This document shows, one piece after another, positions 13,809 to 27,434 of a stretch of DNA of 64,000 nucleotides. The stretch is from the NCBI GenBank assembly GCA_951406725.2, contig OX597815.1, positions 168,020,001-168,084,000 on the forward strand, written 5' to 3'. The DNA is from Octopus vulgaris (lineage: Eukaryota). Both the position numbers and the translations under genes were made by a program. Within the stretch, counting starts at the first letter, position 1. Every line of letters begins with the position of its first letter. Under the pieces are notes generated by a model. It worked only from the letters and a program-made list of their open reading frames with translations. It searched no databases and had not been told where the DNA came from.

Positions 13809-14385
13809 AAGTAACAAGACGGGTAAGGGTGATTAGGTGATGGTCTAGACCCCAGACCTTGGAAAAAGAAAAAAACTTTGGTCGTCTTGTTGTAGTCGAG
13901 GCCTCTTCGTTGACGCCCGACACCACTGGGAGGTGGCTCTCGAAGTCACTGGAAATGGACGGCGGTGGTTATGGGAACCATATTGGTGGTGACAACGGCA
14001 GGTTCATTGCAAAAGTGAGAACTGAGGTAGTGAGAGTTAACGTGGTTGCTATTTTATTCCACGTCATTTCTGATTGAGTAGATCCTATAATCGAAGGCAT
14101 TCCAGTCATGACATCCTGTTTTTTACTTTTGTTTTCTATTTTCTATTATTCATTCATTTATTTATTTATTTATTTATTTATTTGTCAGACATTGGACTAC
14201 ATTCTTTCGTGTGACCGATACTTATTCAAATTCATTTTTGCTGTTATTAATGGTAGGCTTGGTGACCCCTTTGTAAACGACTGTTTCATTGGTTTACCTT
14301 GTGGTCGTCATCGTGTTGTTATTTTAATTTCGGGTCAATCCCGATTGAGCAGACTTAGAATCAAAAGGGTTCCGGCTCTGAACCT

Positions 14386-14386
<1 letters not shown>

Positions 14387-14470
<84 letters not shown>

Positions 14471-14485
14471 CAGCAGCAGCAGCAG

Positions 14486-14567
<82 letters not shown>

Positions 14568-14610
14568 TGTTGTTGTTGCTGCTGTTGTTGTTGCTGTGCT
14601 GCTGCTGCTA
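14387..14610. repeat. Compound trinucleotide microsatellite (GTA)n(GCA)n(GTA)n(GTT/GCT)n, representative of dozens of (TA)n, (CA)n, (GA)n, (GATA)n and (CATA)n tracts in the window
   Basis: Directly visible. Confidence 0.95.
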
Positions 14611-14644
14611 TCGTTCCTGTTTAACCCCAGGTATACTGTGATTG

Positions 14645-14961
14645 GTGGAGGCGCAATGGCCCAGTGGTTAGGTCAGCGGACTCGCGGTCGGAAGATCACG
14701 GTTTCGATTCCCAGACCGGGCGCTGTGTGTGTGTTTATTGAGCGAAAACACCTAAAAGCTCCGCGAGGCTCCGGCAGTGGATGGTGGTGACCCCTGTTGT
14801 ACTCTTTCGACACAACTTTCTCTCTCTCTCTCTTCCTGATTCTTGAGTGACGCTGCTGTGGACTGGCGTCCCATCCAGCTGCGAGGAACACATACGCCAC
14901 AGAAACCGGAAAACCGGGCCCTTGAGCCTAGCTAGGCTTGAAAAGGGCGAAGTTTACGTTC
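14645..14961 (+). mobile_element. SINE group B (head 1, tail b); second copy ~30190-30506(-)
   Basis: GGAGGCGCAATGGCCCAGTGGTTAGG tRNA-like head; TSD tactgtgattg. The 30.2-30.5 kb copy has TSD ataaaacattttt. Confidence 0.9.
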
Positions 14962-15305
14962 TACTGTGATTGAGCAAATTTATGATCTAAAGTGTTCCAA
15001 GCTATGAACCGTCAGTTACATCCATGAAAGTTGTGACTGAAACAAATAATTGGTAAAAGATATCTAAGAGTACACTGTCTTTTATCTTTCTCTTATCTTT
15101 TGCTTGTTTCACCGATTAGACTGCGGCCATGCCGGGGCATTGCCTTGAAGAATTCAGTCGAATTTTTCTCTGAGCCTGACACTTATGATATTGGTATCTT
15201 TTTATCGAACTGCTAAGTTAATGTGACGCAAGCAAACCTACACCGTTGTCAAGCGGTGGTGGTGACAAAACACAAAGACGCACACATACACACACACACA
15301 CACAC

Positions 15306-15357
<52 letters not shown>

Positions 15358-15476
15358 ACACACATATGTCTATGCTGCTCACAGTATACGGACACAGGCC
15401 ATGTGTCGGTAGCCGGCACATATATATGTAGGCATGTACATGTATGTATTTATATATGCACATATATTATATGTGT

Positions 15477-15527
<51 letters not shown>

Positions 15528-15533
15528 TGTGTA

Positions 15534-16768
15534 CGGGATGGACAAAATAATGGAAACACCTAGCATCATAGCATCATAATTTTGAAATATCTATAAAACC
15601 GTCAAAAACTTCTTTATTTTTATGTTTTTTTATTTATTATTAGTGTTACTTAATATGTTTTGCTAAAATTGTTGTTTCTTTTCTGATGTCATCAGAAAAA
15701 GGTAATTAAAATTCATTAAAATAACAGATCTATCGGACTTTCAAAGAGCTCAAATTGTTGATGCTTGTATGGTAGGTGCTAGCGTAACGAAAACACCCGA
15801 CATGTTTGATGTATCAAGAAGTACTATCTCGAAAGTTATGACAGCCTTTGAGAAAGAGGGAAGAACATCCTCGTCGAAAGAAAACTCCGGAAGAAAACCA
15901 AAACTTTCAGATAGGGACCGTCGGACACTTACGCGAATTGTTAGAAAGATCACAAAAATACAGCTCCGGAAATTACTGCAGAGCTTAATGACCACCTCGA
16001 GAATCCGGTTTCCACAAAAACTGTTCGCCGGGAGCTGCACAAAGCCGTATTTCACGGGAGGGCTGCAATCAGAAAACCACTACGTTGCAAAGCGTTTAGA
16101 GTGGAGTAAAAACCTACAGTATTGGTCCCTAGAGCAGTGGAAGAATGTTATTTTCTCGGACGAGTCATCGTTTACCTTGTTTCCGACCACCGGCCGAGTA
16201 TACGTGTAGAGACAGCCAAAAGAAACATTTGACCCAGACTGCCTTCTTTCACTTGTTAAACATGGAGGATCTGTGATGATCTGGAGCACTATATCTTGGA
16301 AATCCACTAACCCAATGGTTTCCTTTCATGGCAGAATAAATATTCATGACTATTTAAGCATTCATCCCATGGTTGCGGAACTGTTTCCGGAGGAAAACAC
16401 AATCTTTCAGGATGATAATGTACCAATTCACACAGCTAAAGTTGTTACTGAATGGCACGAGGAACATTCTAGTAAAATTGAACATCTTATCTAGCCACCG
16501 CAGTCCCCAGATCTCAATATTATTGAACATTTATGTTACATTTTAGAAAAAGAAGGAGTCGATATCCTCCACCATCATCACTACAAGAACTGGAGACTGT
16601 TTTAGTTGAAGAATAGCCAAAACTTCCCTTGAAAACAATTCAAACTTTGTACTAGTCCATACCTCGTAGAATTCAAGCTGTAATTACTGCCAAAGGCAGT
16701 CCTACCCCATATTAAAATAAATTTTGTTTGAAATTTTAAGGTGTTTCCATTATTTTGTCCAACCCCTG
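15534..16768 (+). mobile_element. Near full-length Tc1-like (DD34E) transposon with pseudogenised transposase
   Basis: TIRs GGACAAAATAATGGAAACACCT at both ends. Broken ORF ~15720-16714 has SGRKPKLSDRD, WKNVIFSDES, FQDDNVPIH, PPQSPDLNIIEHL and ends KGSPTPY*. Confidence 0.92.
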
Positions 16769-16775
16769 TGTACAT

Positions 16776-16841
<66 letters not shown>

Positions 16842-16842
16842 G

Positions 16843-16898
<56 letters not shown>

Positions 16899-18078
16899 CA
16901 GAGACAGAGAATGAGAGAGAGAAGTGTGGGTGTGAATTTGAAGTAAAACGTAATGTGTTAGTAGAAACGTCGCTCACTTAGTGTCAATAATAACGACAGA
17001 CAGGTAAGATTGGTAGGACAGGTAAGAAACGTGAGGAGGGGAGAGAGGAGAGAGAGGCGGTGTAGTGAGCGGTGGGAGGAGAGAAGTGACAGAAGTGAAT
17101 GGAGGAGAAGAGGTGAAAGGTAAGGTAGGTGGTGTAAAAAGTAATCATAATACATCCGGTGGTTGGGTATTGTGTAAGTTGTAGTATACGGGTGGTTCAC
17201 TTGCTTAGAAATGAAATCAGAAGTAAAAAACAACCACAAAATGGATAAAGTGAGGGAAAAAGAAGAGAAAAAGAAAGATTATACTCTTGTTATAAATGAC
17301 GGAGATTTGGGTCGCCGCCGTCGCCGTCGTTATTGTCGTCGTCGTCGTTGTAAGAAGTGGTGGTGGTGGTGGTGGTGGTGGTGGCGGCGGCGGCGGCGGC
17401 GGCGGTGGTGCTGGTGCTGGTGGTGCTGGTGGTGGTGCTGGTGGTGCTGGTGGTGCTGGTGGTGGTGCTGGTATTGAAGGCAGTGGCGAATGGTAGTGCT
17501 GCTGATGATGGAAGCAATAGGGTAAATCTAGATCTGCAATACTTGATATCTAAGAGGGCATACATACATACATACATACATACATACATACATACATACA
17601 TACATACATACATTCATGCATACATACATACATACATACATACATACATACATACATACATACATACATACATACATACATACATACATACAAGAATTCA
17701 TACATATTTACATACTGACAGATATGCTTGAATGCGTACATATGTGCATGTATATATGTGCGTACAAGTGTGCGTGTATATATATATATATATATACATA
17801 CACACATACACACACGTACGCATTCTTCCATATACATCCGGATACACACATGCTGTAAGACAGACAAACAGAATATCATGCATGCATACGTACGTCAATG
17901 CGCATACACTATATGTGTGTATGTATTTATGTATATATATATATATACGTAAATTATTAGAGTTACCACTATTCTAATAATTTATGTATAAATTTGTATT
18001 ATCTCCCTAGTTTTACGTGCTAAGCCACTTGGTGTTAAATTAATGGTATTATTAAATTAATATCAATTTTTCACCCTC

Positions 18079-18144
<66 letters not shown>

Positions 18145-18326
18145 GTCTATGTATGTATATATATATGGGTGTATGTATATATATATACATGTATGTACAT
18201 GTATATATATATACATTTATATGTATATATACATATATATATAAATACATTCACACATATATATATATATATCATATATATACATATATATACATATATA
18301 TATACATACATTTATATATATGTATG

Positions 18327-18369
<43 letters not shown>

Positions 18370-18376
18370 ATTCATA

Positions 18377-18429
<53 letters not shown>

Positions 18430-18480
18430 TACATATATATATATACATATGTATATAGATATATGTATATATTATGTATA

Positions 18481-18525
<45 letters not shown>

Positions 18526-18980
18526 GAGCAGAAAGACAAACGGACACGCGTGTTAGCTTGTTTGACCCTAAACGATGTAGTAGGAATAAAGGTGTTCATA
18601 AATGAGCGTGTGAGGAGTGCGTAAGAAAGAAAAGGTGAAGGAAGAGAAACAAAAAATGGATAATGGAAAGCGAATGAAACCAGGCTGACAGGTTTGATCA
18701 AGGGACTAATCGCTGCGCCGTTTAAGCTATGAGCTCAAGGCGAACATGATCCATACATCACGTTTTCTAAGACGTTTATTTATGCATGTTTATGTGGGCT
18801 TAACGTTAGCACAGACAGAACATATTGATCATTGATTTGTTTTCGTATATGCTTTTGTTCAGTGATTGTGACGGACTTCGCCAATAGTTTAAATCTTACA
18901 TGAAAACATGGATTAAAACATGGATTTCAAAGTCAAATGATATTAAACATTTTATACGAATGTATTCGAGAGAGATCGTT

Positions 18981-19248
18981 ACCAGTGCCGCTGGACTGGC
19001 TCCTGTGCATGGTCACTGCCAGTACCGCCTGACTGGCCCTCGTACCGGTGGCACGTAAAAGCACCCACTACACTCTCAGAGTGGTTGGCGTTAGGAAGGG
19101 CATCCAGCTGTAGAAACTTAGCCAGATCAGATTGGAGTCTGGTGCAGCCATCTGGTTCGCCAGACCTCAGTCATATCGACCAACCCATGCTAGCATGGAA
19201 AGCGGACGTTAGACGACGACGATGATGATGATGATGATGATGATGATG
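18981..19248 (+). mobile_element. 3' tail of an RTE LINE (or RTE-tailed SINE), same family as 56358-57443
   Basis: GGCACGTAAAAGCACCCACTACACTC...GGCGTTAGGAAGGGCATCCAGCTG...CGGACGTTA followed by (GAT)n. Confidence 0.8.
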
Positions 19249-19538
19249 TATCATATCCTGAAAACAGTAATAACAAATGAAACTTTGTGATCATGAAAAT
19301 CAATCAGTCTTTTATCTTTTAATTGTTGTTTTTTTTTAATTTTCACTGCAGCCATGCTGGGGAACTGCCTTGAAGTTGTTTTAGTCGAACAAATTGACCC
19401 CAGGACTTATTATTTAAAGCCCTGTTCTTATTCTATCGGTCTGTTTCGCCGAACTGTTATATTAAGGGGTTGTAAACACACCAACAACCGTTTGTCGAGC
19501 AGTGGTGGGGGACAAACACAAACACACAAACATATGTG

Positions 19539-19577
<39 letters not shown>

Positions 19578-19890
19578 TTTTTTTTTTAATTTTATAGAAG
19601 GAGCTTCTACAGGACTAGAACTGTTTCATTCAGATGAAATCTTCAGGAACACACACACATACACATATATATACACACACACATATATATACACACACAC
19701 ACACACATATTTTGATATTGTAGATTCGTATACATTGTCACGACGAAACGCGTGTCGTAGTTCTAATGCGTATCTTTTTAATGTATATTATTTAGTATAA
19801 AAATTTTTAGTCAAATGGTAATAATGATATATTTAAATTTATATAGTATCTTTCAGTATTAATTGAATTACTTTATGGAGGTTTTATCCC

Positions 19891-19951
<61 letters not shown>

Positions 19952-20244
19952 ATGTATGTATGTATGTATGTATGTATATATATATATATATATATTGAAA
20001 AATACACACACACTATATATCGAAAACTCATCCTAATAGCGGCTAACGAAAACAGCCTCATGCTTAAACGAAATTTGTCGCTTCCAATATATAAAAAACA
20101 GTGAATAGTGCATTCACTGATACTGCGAATAGTTGTGGGGCTAAATAAAAGTCCGGTGTACGCAATTGAAGTAGTATTAAATTAAAACAGATATTTGTGT
20201 ATCTTACTTAATGTGTATATACCGTTGATAGGCAAGATACTGCA

Positions 20245-20622
20245 GTCGTCATCTTCATAATTTTCATCATCGTCAGCATCATCATCATCGTCGTTGTCAT
20301 CATCATTATCATCATCATCATTATTATTTTCATCATTATCGTCATCATCGTCATCATCGTCATCATCCTCATCCTCATCCTCCTCCTCATCATCATCATC
20401 ATCTTCATTATCATCAACAACAACGTCATCTTCATAATTTTCATCATCGTCAACATCATCATCATCGTCATTGTCATCATCATCATTATCATCATCATTA
20501 TCATCATCATTATTATTATTTTCATCATTATCATCATCATCGTCATTATCGTCATCATCATCATCATCATTATCAACAACAACAACATCCTCATCTTCTT
20601 CTTCATCATCATCATCATCATC
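20245..20622. repeat. Degenerate (CAT)n trinucleotide tract with an internal ~177-bp duplication
   Basis: tcatcttcataattttcatcatcgtca recurs at ~20249 and ~20426. Confidence 0.85.
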
Positions 20623-21685
20623 CATTACTGTTTGCATTGCCAAAAATGTGATGCAATAAGCCTCATGGAACTATGTGACATTTAAAGAAACAAAACTACA
20701 CAGCCAAACTTTAAACCGTAAAGTTTTTTACTCTCCACGTCCAAATTTTTGTATCTCACCAGCTGCAATTTTAGACTTTTGCACGTCGTAAGAAGAAAAG
20801 AAGACAATTTTAAAAATAAATAATAATAATAAAAACGAAGCAATGAAGCAAACAGTAAGAACAAAAGAATCAACAAACTAATGGCAACAATAACAGATGC
20901 AGAAACATCAGTAGCAGAAATTAGATTCCACACAGATGAAGGTTGGCAATGGGGTGAAACGTAAAAGCATTGTAAGCGTCTTGTGACTCACATAATAGTC
21001 TAAGGGCGTTGAGTCAGGTAAGGTTATCATTTGGAGAATGAGTGGGGGCTCGAGGTTGAAAGGAATAATCTGTAGAAGTAGAGTTTAACTTTTTAAGTGT
21101 AGCATGACGGTATTTTGGTTTGAAGATCCTGGTAAGTATTAGGTTATTAATACTCAGAGGAAACGGTGAGAGGAAAGAAAAAAATAAGAGTAAAGAAAAT
21201 GGGAAATTTGGGAAGATATATCATTAAAGGTTATGTAAAGTGATTAAAGAAAAACTTAAAACACTTGAAATTTTATTGTTGTTTTTTAGTTTACGTCATT
21301 CAAGTATGCCAAGACTTGTGTGTGTGTATGCATATGTATGAATTTGTATATGCATATGTGTGTGAGTGTGTGTGCATAGGTATGAATTTAAGTATGTATA
21401 TATATATGTGTGTGTGTGTGTGTGTGAATGTTTTTATGCATGCATATGTACGTATCTACATATAAGTATGAATGTATTTTATGTATTTATGTAAGTTTGT
21501 ACATATGTATGCATGTATGTATATATATCAATGTAGGTATGTATGTACGTATGTATTTATGCATGCATGTGTGTGTATGTATGTAATGTACGTATGCATG
21601 TCCAATAATGTTTGTATGTATGAATATGCTTTCTTGTATGTTTTTATATACATGCGTACAGATGTATGTGTATGTATGCATGTAT

Positions 21686-21739
<54 letters not shown>

Positions 21740-22298
21740 ATGTATGTATGTATGTATGTATGTATGTATGTATGTATAAATGTATATATGTGCATGTGTA
21801 ATATGGATGTAGGCTGTATGTGTGTATATATATATATATATATGTACGTACGGGTACGTATGTATGAATGTATGTCTCTATGTGCGTGTATATATATGTT
21901 TGTATGTATGCATGCATGCATGTGTGTGGGGAGTATGTGTGTGTGCGTATGATACGAGTTAATGACTGAATAACTTAATTACTGTACATCAACGATGATG
22001 GAGATTTGATATGCGATCGCGATGACGAGTGGGTGGTTGCTTGTTTGTATTGACCTTCCAAGTCATGAGTTAAAGATTTCTCACCCCGCCACCGGTTACT
22101 GCCCGATTTATTTGGGCGAGGTCCTAAACTTCATTACGTTTCAGACATTCTGTCCGAAATATGTAGCCACAAACAGATATGGTGATTTAATGCGGGATGA
22201 ACAGGAATTGATTATATGTGCAATGTGGCTTTGAAGTTCCGGGAACGAAACTAGTTATGTGGCCTTGAAGTTCCAGGAGCGCATGGTTTTATACAAAG

Positions 22299-22652
22299 CT
22301 AGCAGTATCGCCCGGCGTTGCTCGGGTTTGTTTCGACCCTTTAGAATTGGAATTTTTGAAAAGTAAAAATTTTTCTGATTGAAATACACCGAAAAATGTC
22401 GACACAGCAATCAAAAACATCGTAAAAAATAGGGATTTTCATAGAAAAAAAGCACCTTTTTGATGTAAATAAATTTTGGTGTTAACATGGTCCGATTTGA
22501 CTTTTTTCTTCTACGGAAGGAAGAGCAAGCCTTCTTCTATCATAATCTTAATTTTGGTAAACTTGCGCCGCAGTGTCTCGGAGGAGATAGTGTTAGTTGA
22601 AGGCTATCAAACCTGCCATACACAGACAACTTCAGCTTTATATATAGAGAGA
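22299..22652 (-). mobile_element. Non-autonomous Helitron
   Basis: On minus: starts TCTCTCTATATATAAAGCTGAAGTTGTCTG and ends ACCCGAGCAACGCCGGGCGATACTGCTAG, identical to the 3' end at 37131-37159. Confidence 0.85.
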
Positions 22653-23341
22653 TTAGATCTTTAAAGAAGCTCTAATAGCTATTCTAGTCGCTAGAACTCT
22701 AGGGAGTCAAAATTGCCTCTCAACAAAAAGTACTTAAAGATTTGTAGCACAATTTTGGATCTTCAATTGTCTGTGTACTCTCTGACGGGTGTGCGAAAAT
22801 GGAACATGAAACAGAAATAAATCTATGCATCTTCTGTTATATTTATGAAAATTAATTTTGAATAAATTGCTTTCATCTACCCTCGATCAAAATGTAATGG
22901 GAATAAATAATTTAGAGACACTCCCAGTTATGAACGTCTGCTTGCGAATCCTCTCAGTATGATGTGTGCAGATGCATTATACAAGTAAAATAAAGTATAT
23001 TCGAGTGTGACTGTTCTAGTCCATAGACCTGTCCATATACATATATACAAATAATAAATGCGCCCTTTTAAAGCCTAGCCAGGCTCATGGGCCCGGTTTC
23101 CCGGTTTCAATAGCGTATGTGTTCCCCAGCTGGACGGGACGCCAGTCCATCGCAACGTTACTCATTTTTGCCAACAGAGTGGACTGGAGCAACATGAAAT
23201 GAAGTGTTTTGCTCAAGAACACAACGCGTCGCCCGGTCCATGATTCGAAACCACAATCTTACGATCATGATGCTGACACCCAAACCACTAAGCCACACGC
23301 CTCCACTACATATACATACATATACATATACATACATATAC

Positions 23342-23372
<31 letters not shown>

Positions 23373-23546
23373 TGTATGTATGTATGTATGTATGTATGTC
23401 ATTGTTCAGTTGTATTTCAAGAGTTCTTGCCAATAGAGAAAGAGCCGGTTCCTAACCTAGATCCAAGGCTCCTTCATTGGAACTTCAACATCAAAAACAG
23501 GGCATTTTTGTTTGTATGTATGTATGTATGTATGTATGTATGTATG

Positions 23547-23578
<32 letters not shown>

Positions 23579-23975
23579 AATATATAACAGGGGTAATCTT
23601 TAGTCTCTCAAGACTCGATCTGCTCTTCAAAAGTCTTGTTACTTTCTTGTTCTTAGAGCAGTTTCTATTGTGTCTGTAGAAACTCCATGTGACTGTCAGC
23701 CCCAGCTGCTAGGACTGCGTTTGAATGCACTGTCTCTGCCTGTCTTGTCCTGGTGTTGTTTTTGCTCTCTATTTTGCTTCTCTTCCTTAGTAAGCATCAT
23801 GCTCTTCTCTCGTCTTTTTTTAAAACTTGTCTATTTGCAGTCTCGAGTTGGAGCGATCACCTATAACATCTTCCCACCTTTCAGCGTTCGCGGAAAGGTA
23901 TTCCACGTCTATTGCTGACGTCCTTTAAACGAACATGGAGTCGTCTCTATGTTTATGTTCCCAACAAATACTCAG

Positions 23976-24007
<32 letters not shown>

Positions 24008-24109
24008 CTGAAAAGCTCTGTCTTAACTGCACAATAAAAATTTTTTTCTTATAATCAAGAATTTTTAATTTAAAAATCTTGTTATAAATATAGTGACAGT
24101 ATGAAAAAA

Positions 24110-24483
24110 TATCCTGTTACTGTGTCTACATGTTCTAAAGATAATTTCACGTTAACTACCATTTCATGGTAGTTATTCCTCCAAAGAATCTTTCATCCGG
24201 TCGGGCATAAAAGTGGTCTGTTTTTGTTGTTGTTGTTGTTGTCTTGTTTTGTTTCCTTTTTTTTTTTGTGTGTGTGTGTGTGTGTTCTGAAAAGTCTTTA
24301 TATCTAACATCGATGTGATTGGTTATAGATGGAACGTGTCCTTTTCACAGCATGATGGAAAATATAATTTCGAAACGGAACATTTTGTAGTAGAAGAGTT
24401 GCTCGAGGTAAGACCACGCATATTTCTTCTGTAAATATGTATGCGTGTGCGTGTGCGTATGTATCGCTCACTTTCTCTCTCTT

Positions 24484-24573
<90 letters not shown>

Positions 24574-24720
24574 TATATCCATTGAGTAACTGCTGCCGAC
24601 CATTAATATATACGCATACATACAAAAGGATCATCTTCAAAATATTAATCTATGGATGACATTAAACACAATTTCTGCAAACTTCTCCCCGTCTCTCTTT
24701 TCTCTCCTTCTCCCCGTCTC
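24110..24720 (+). repeat. ~0.6-kb direct duplication, copy 1 (copy 2 at ~33853-34485)
   Basis: atatcctgttactgtgtctacatgttctaaag...ctgcaaacttctc is nearly identical in both; differences are microsatellite lengths and a few substitutions/indels. Confidence 0.95.
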
Positions 24721-24737
24721 TTACATGCAGTACACAG

Positions 24738-24770
<33 letters not shown>

Positions 24771-24789
24771 CATACATACACACACACCA

Positions 24790-24975
24790 ATATGTGACCG
24801 CGTGTGTATCGTTGGCGATTTTCTTTCTCCGTCTTCATTTCTTTGGACCTTTCCTTTTTCTATGTTTCTGACGAAGAGCTCCGCTCGAAACGTTAAATCC
24901 TCCTTCTTTCTTTCCTTTCCTGAGCTATACTTGTTCCACGTCCTCGCGTTGTTGTATTTTCTCTTTGTTCATGAG

Positions 24976-24980
<5 letters not shown>
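24790..24980 (+). mobile_element. Penelope-like (pLTR) remnant with a minimal hammerhead; related pieces ~1655-1740(+) and 56225-56330(-)
   Basis: Shared TTGTTCCACGTCCTCGCGTTG block, always adjacent to (TA)n; CTGACGA...GAAAC core at 24868-24891. Confidence 0.6.
24864..24899 (+). ncRNA. Minimal type-I hammerhead-like motif
   Basis: gttt CTGACGA A GAGC tcc GCTC GAAA CGTT A aatc; palindromic AACGTT in helix III; stem I weak. Confidence 0.55.
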
Positions 24981-25022
<42 letters not shown>

Positions 25023-27311
25023 GTGTGCAAATATAGTGATATCAGAACCAATTTTATCATTATCGTTAACATTTCCACGTCGTTCGCGACATTATCACTA
25101 AATCCAACGAAGATACGAAAAGCAAAGTTGACCTCAGCGAGATTTGAACTCAGGATGTGAAGAGCCGGAAGAAATGCCAGAAAGCATTTTGTTCTACGTG
25201 CAAGCGATTCTGCCAACTCACCGCTTTTATCTCGTGTGTATAACGATTTCTAAATATATTTTTTCTTCCTTTTCAATTCATTTATAACCACCAATACAAC
25301 CAACATATCAAAAACACGGACTAATGAGGAAGTATGTATGTAGTCGCTTGACCTACTAAAAATAACAACTAAATCCCCTTTCAATCTCACTTACTGACTT
25401 AATAAGATAATGTAGTAAGTATATATCATTTTTGTACTTGGTTTGCAAGATTCTTGATGTGAACTCGAGTGTTGAAACAGATTTTGTTATTATTCGGGAG
25501 GATCATTATACCAATAATAAGCATACGCACAGACTATATTTCACTTCTTTTATCAGTCAATTTATTACCATTTAAGCAATTAACAAATCGCTAGCTGGAT
25601 TAATTGTCTGGTCAATAAATCAATCACCTGGGTTTGTGAAAGTCATTTTGTAGATATTTGCGACAACCAGAAGCAGACCTGGAATAGAGAAGGTGCGTCA
25701 ATCATGAGGGCGTGAATGCCGACGAAAGGACTTGCCAGTGGACTGATTGATTGACCGAATAATTAAGCAAACAATCGATTAATTAATTGGTTTCATCAGT
25801 CAATAGACTGATGAAAAAGTGAATGAAATAAATCCAGTGTGTGTATTTTCTTTTATCATTTATCTGTTTCCGTCGTTAGACTGCGGCCATACTGGGGCAT
25901 CACCTTGAAGAACTTGTAGTCGAATGAATCGACCTCAGAAATATTTTTAAGCTTGGTCCTTGTTCTATGCGGCTCTTTAACCGAACCGCTAAGTTGCGGA
26001 AACATATGCAAACCAACACTGGAAGCATAAGCGGTGGGGGGGACAAACACAGACACAAAGACACACACACAGACACAGATATATATACATATATATGTGT
26101 GTGTGTATAGGTATATGTATGTATATGTGTGTGTGTGCGTGTGTGTATGAAAATATATATATATATATATATGGGCAATGAATTCGTGGAAGTGTTGGAG
26201 TAAATGACGGATACCCTACGCTAGGCGTTCCGGCTCTCTGCATTCTAGTTTCAAACTGCGCCAAGCAATTCAAATCCCGTCGATGCTCAGAGCTAATAAC
26301 CCGATCGCGGGTCCACAATGTATTGTGAAAAAACTACAATGTCTAGGTTGAATGTTGTTTTTTTTTTTTGTTCGATATTTGCTGGTCTAGGAATAAGCAA
26401 CAACAACAACAATAACAACGCCGATCACCACTATCGCTACCACCTCAACTGCTATTATTCTTACAGCCACTACCAAACCCTATCATTGCACAAAAGCTCA
26501 ATTAAAAATCGTTTGTACTGCGACATTTACGCAACATTTTACTAATTCCAGTTTCTCTAAGGACTTTCCATGACATTTACTTCATCCCGGCAGAGGTATT
26601 CTTGGCCCAGATTTGTCTCCCTTATCTCTTTTCATTCCGTTGTTTAGAATCCTGTCATTTTGTTTTTGCCTGTTTCACCATTTCTACCGAACCACCAGCT
26701 CCGGTTTCATTTTACACCATTTCTAATTGATATTTTACGACTTATCTGAAGATTTTAAGATGTTACGTGACTTTTACCATTCCAGCATGTTTTAATTCTT
26801 TCAAGATATTCTTTTTTGTTCTTTTCTTTTTCTGATCCTTTTTCTGGATATTTTTCTTGTAAGTGGTTTTTGGGGGCGTGTTTTGTTTTATGTTGCTTGT
26901 TACTTTAGTTATTGTTGTTGTTGCTGTTCTTGTTCTTGTTGTTGCTTTCATTTTAAGCTTCTTTTTTATTTTTCTTAATGTTATTATAGCCGTTGTTGTT
27001 GTTAACATTAATGTACTTTGTTGATATTACTCTTCTTTTTTTTTTCTTCTTAATCTTTTTGTTTTCAAAGCTATAAAACATTTCTTTTTCTTCGTTTTAT
27101 TTTAGTTAAACTCTAGCTTCAAGACACTATGATATATTCCTACTAAAATTGGTCATTTGGGCAGCCAGTGATTGCTATTTTGTTTTTATTTTCATTTTAT
27201 TCTATTTTAATCTCTTCACGAAATAAAACTCACAGATCCGGCACTTCGGTAATAAAACCTCTTTTGGAAAGGGTATTAGTAAGTCTGCAAGGAAATAACT
27301 TTTGTAACCGT

Positions 27312-27434
<123 letters not shown>

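Noticed and set aside
14645-14725. tRNA gene-like sequences here and at other SINE heads
   Set aside because: They continue into SINE bodies flanked by TSDs and lack a clean acceptor stem.
17296-17496. Gly/Ala-rich ORF resembling a structural protein
   Set aside because: Compound (GGT)n(GGC)n(GGTGCT)n repeat open in all three frames; no gene context.
20182-20643. Asp/Asn-rich 153-aa ORF resembling an acidic biomineralisation protein
   Set aside because: Degenerate (GAT)n microsatellite, non-ATG start, open in several frames, no signal peptide or splice support.
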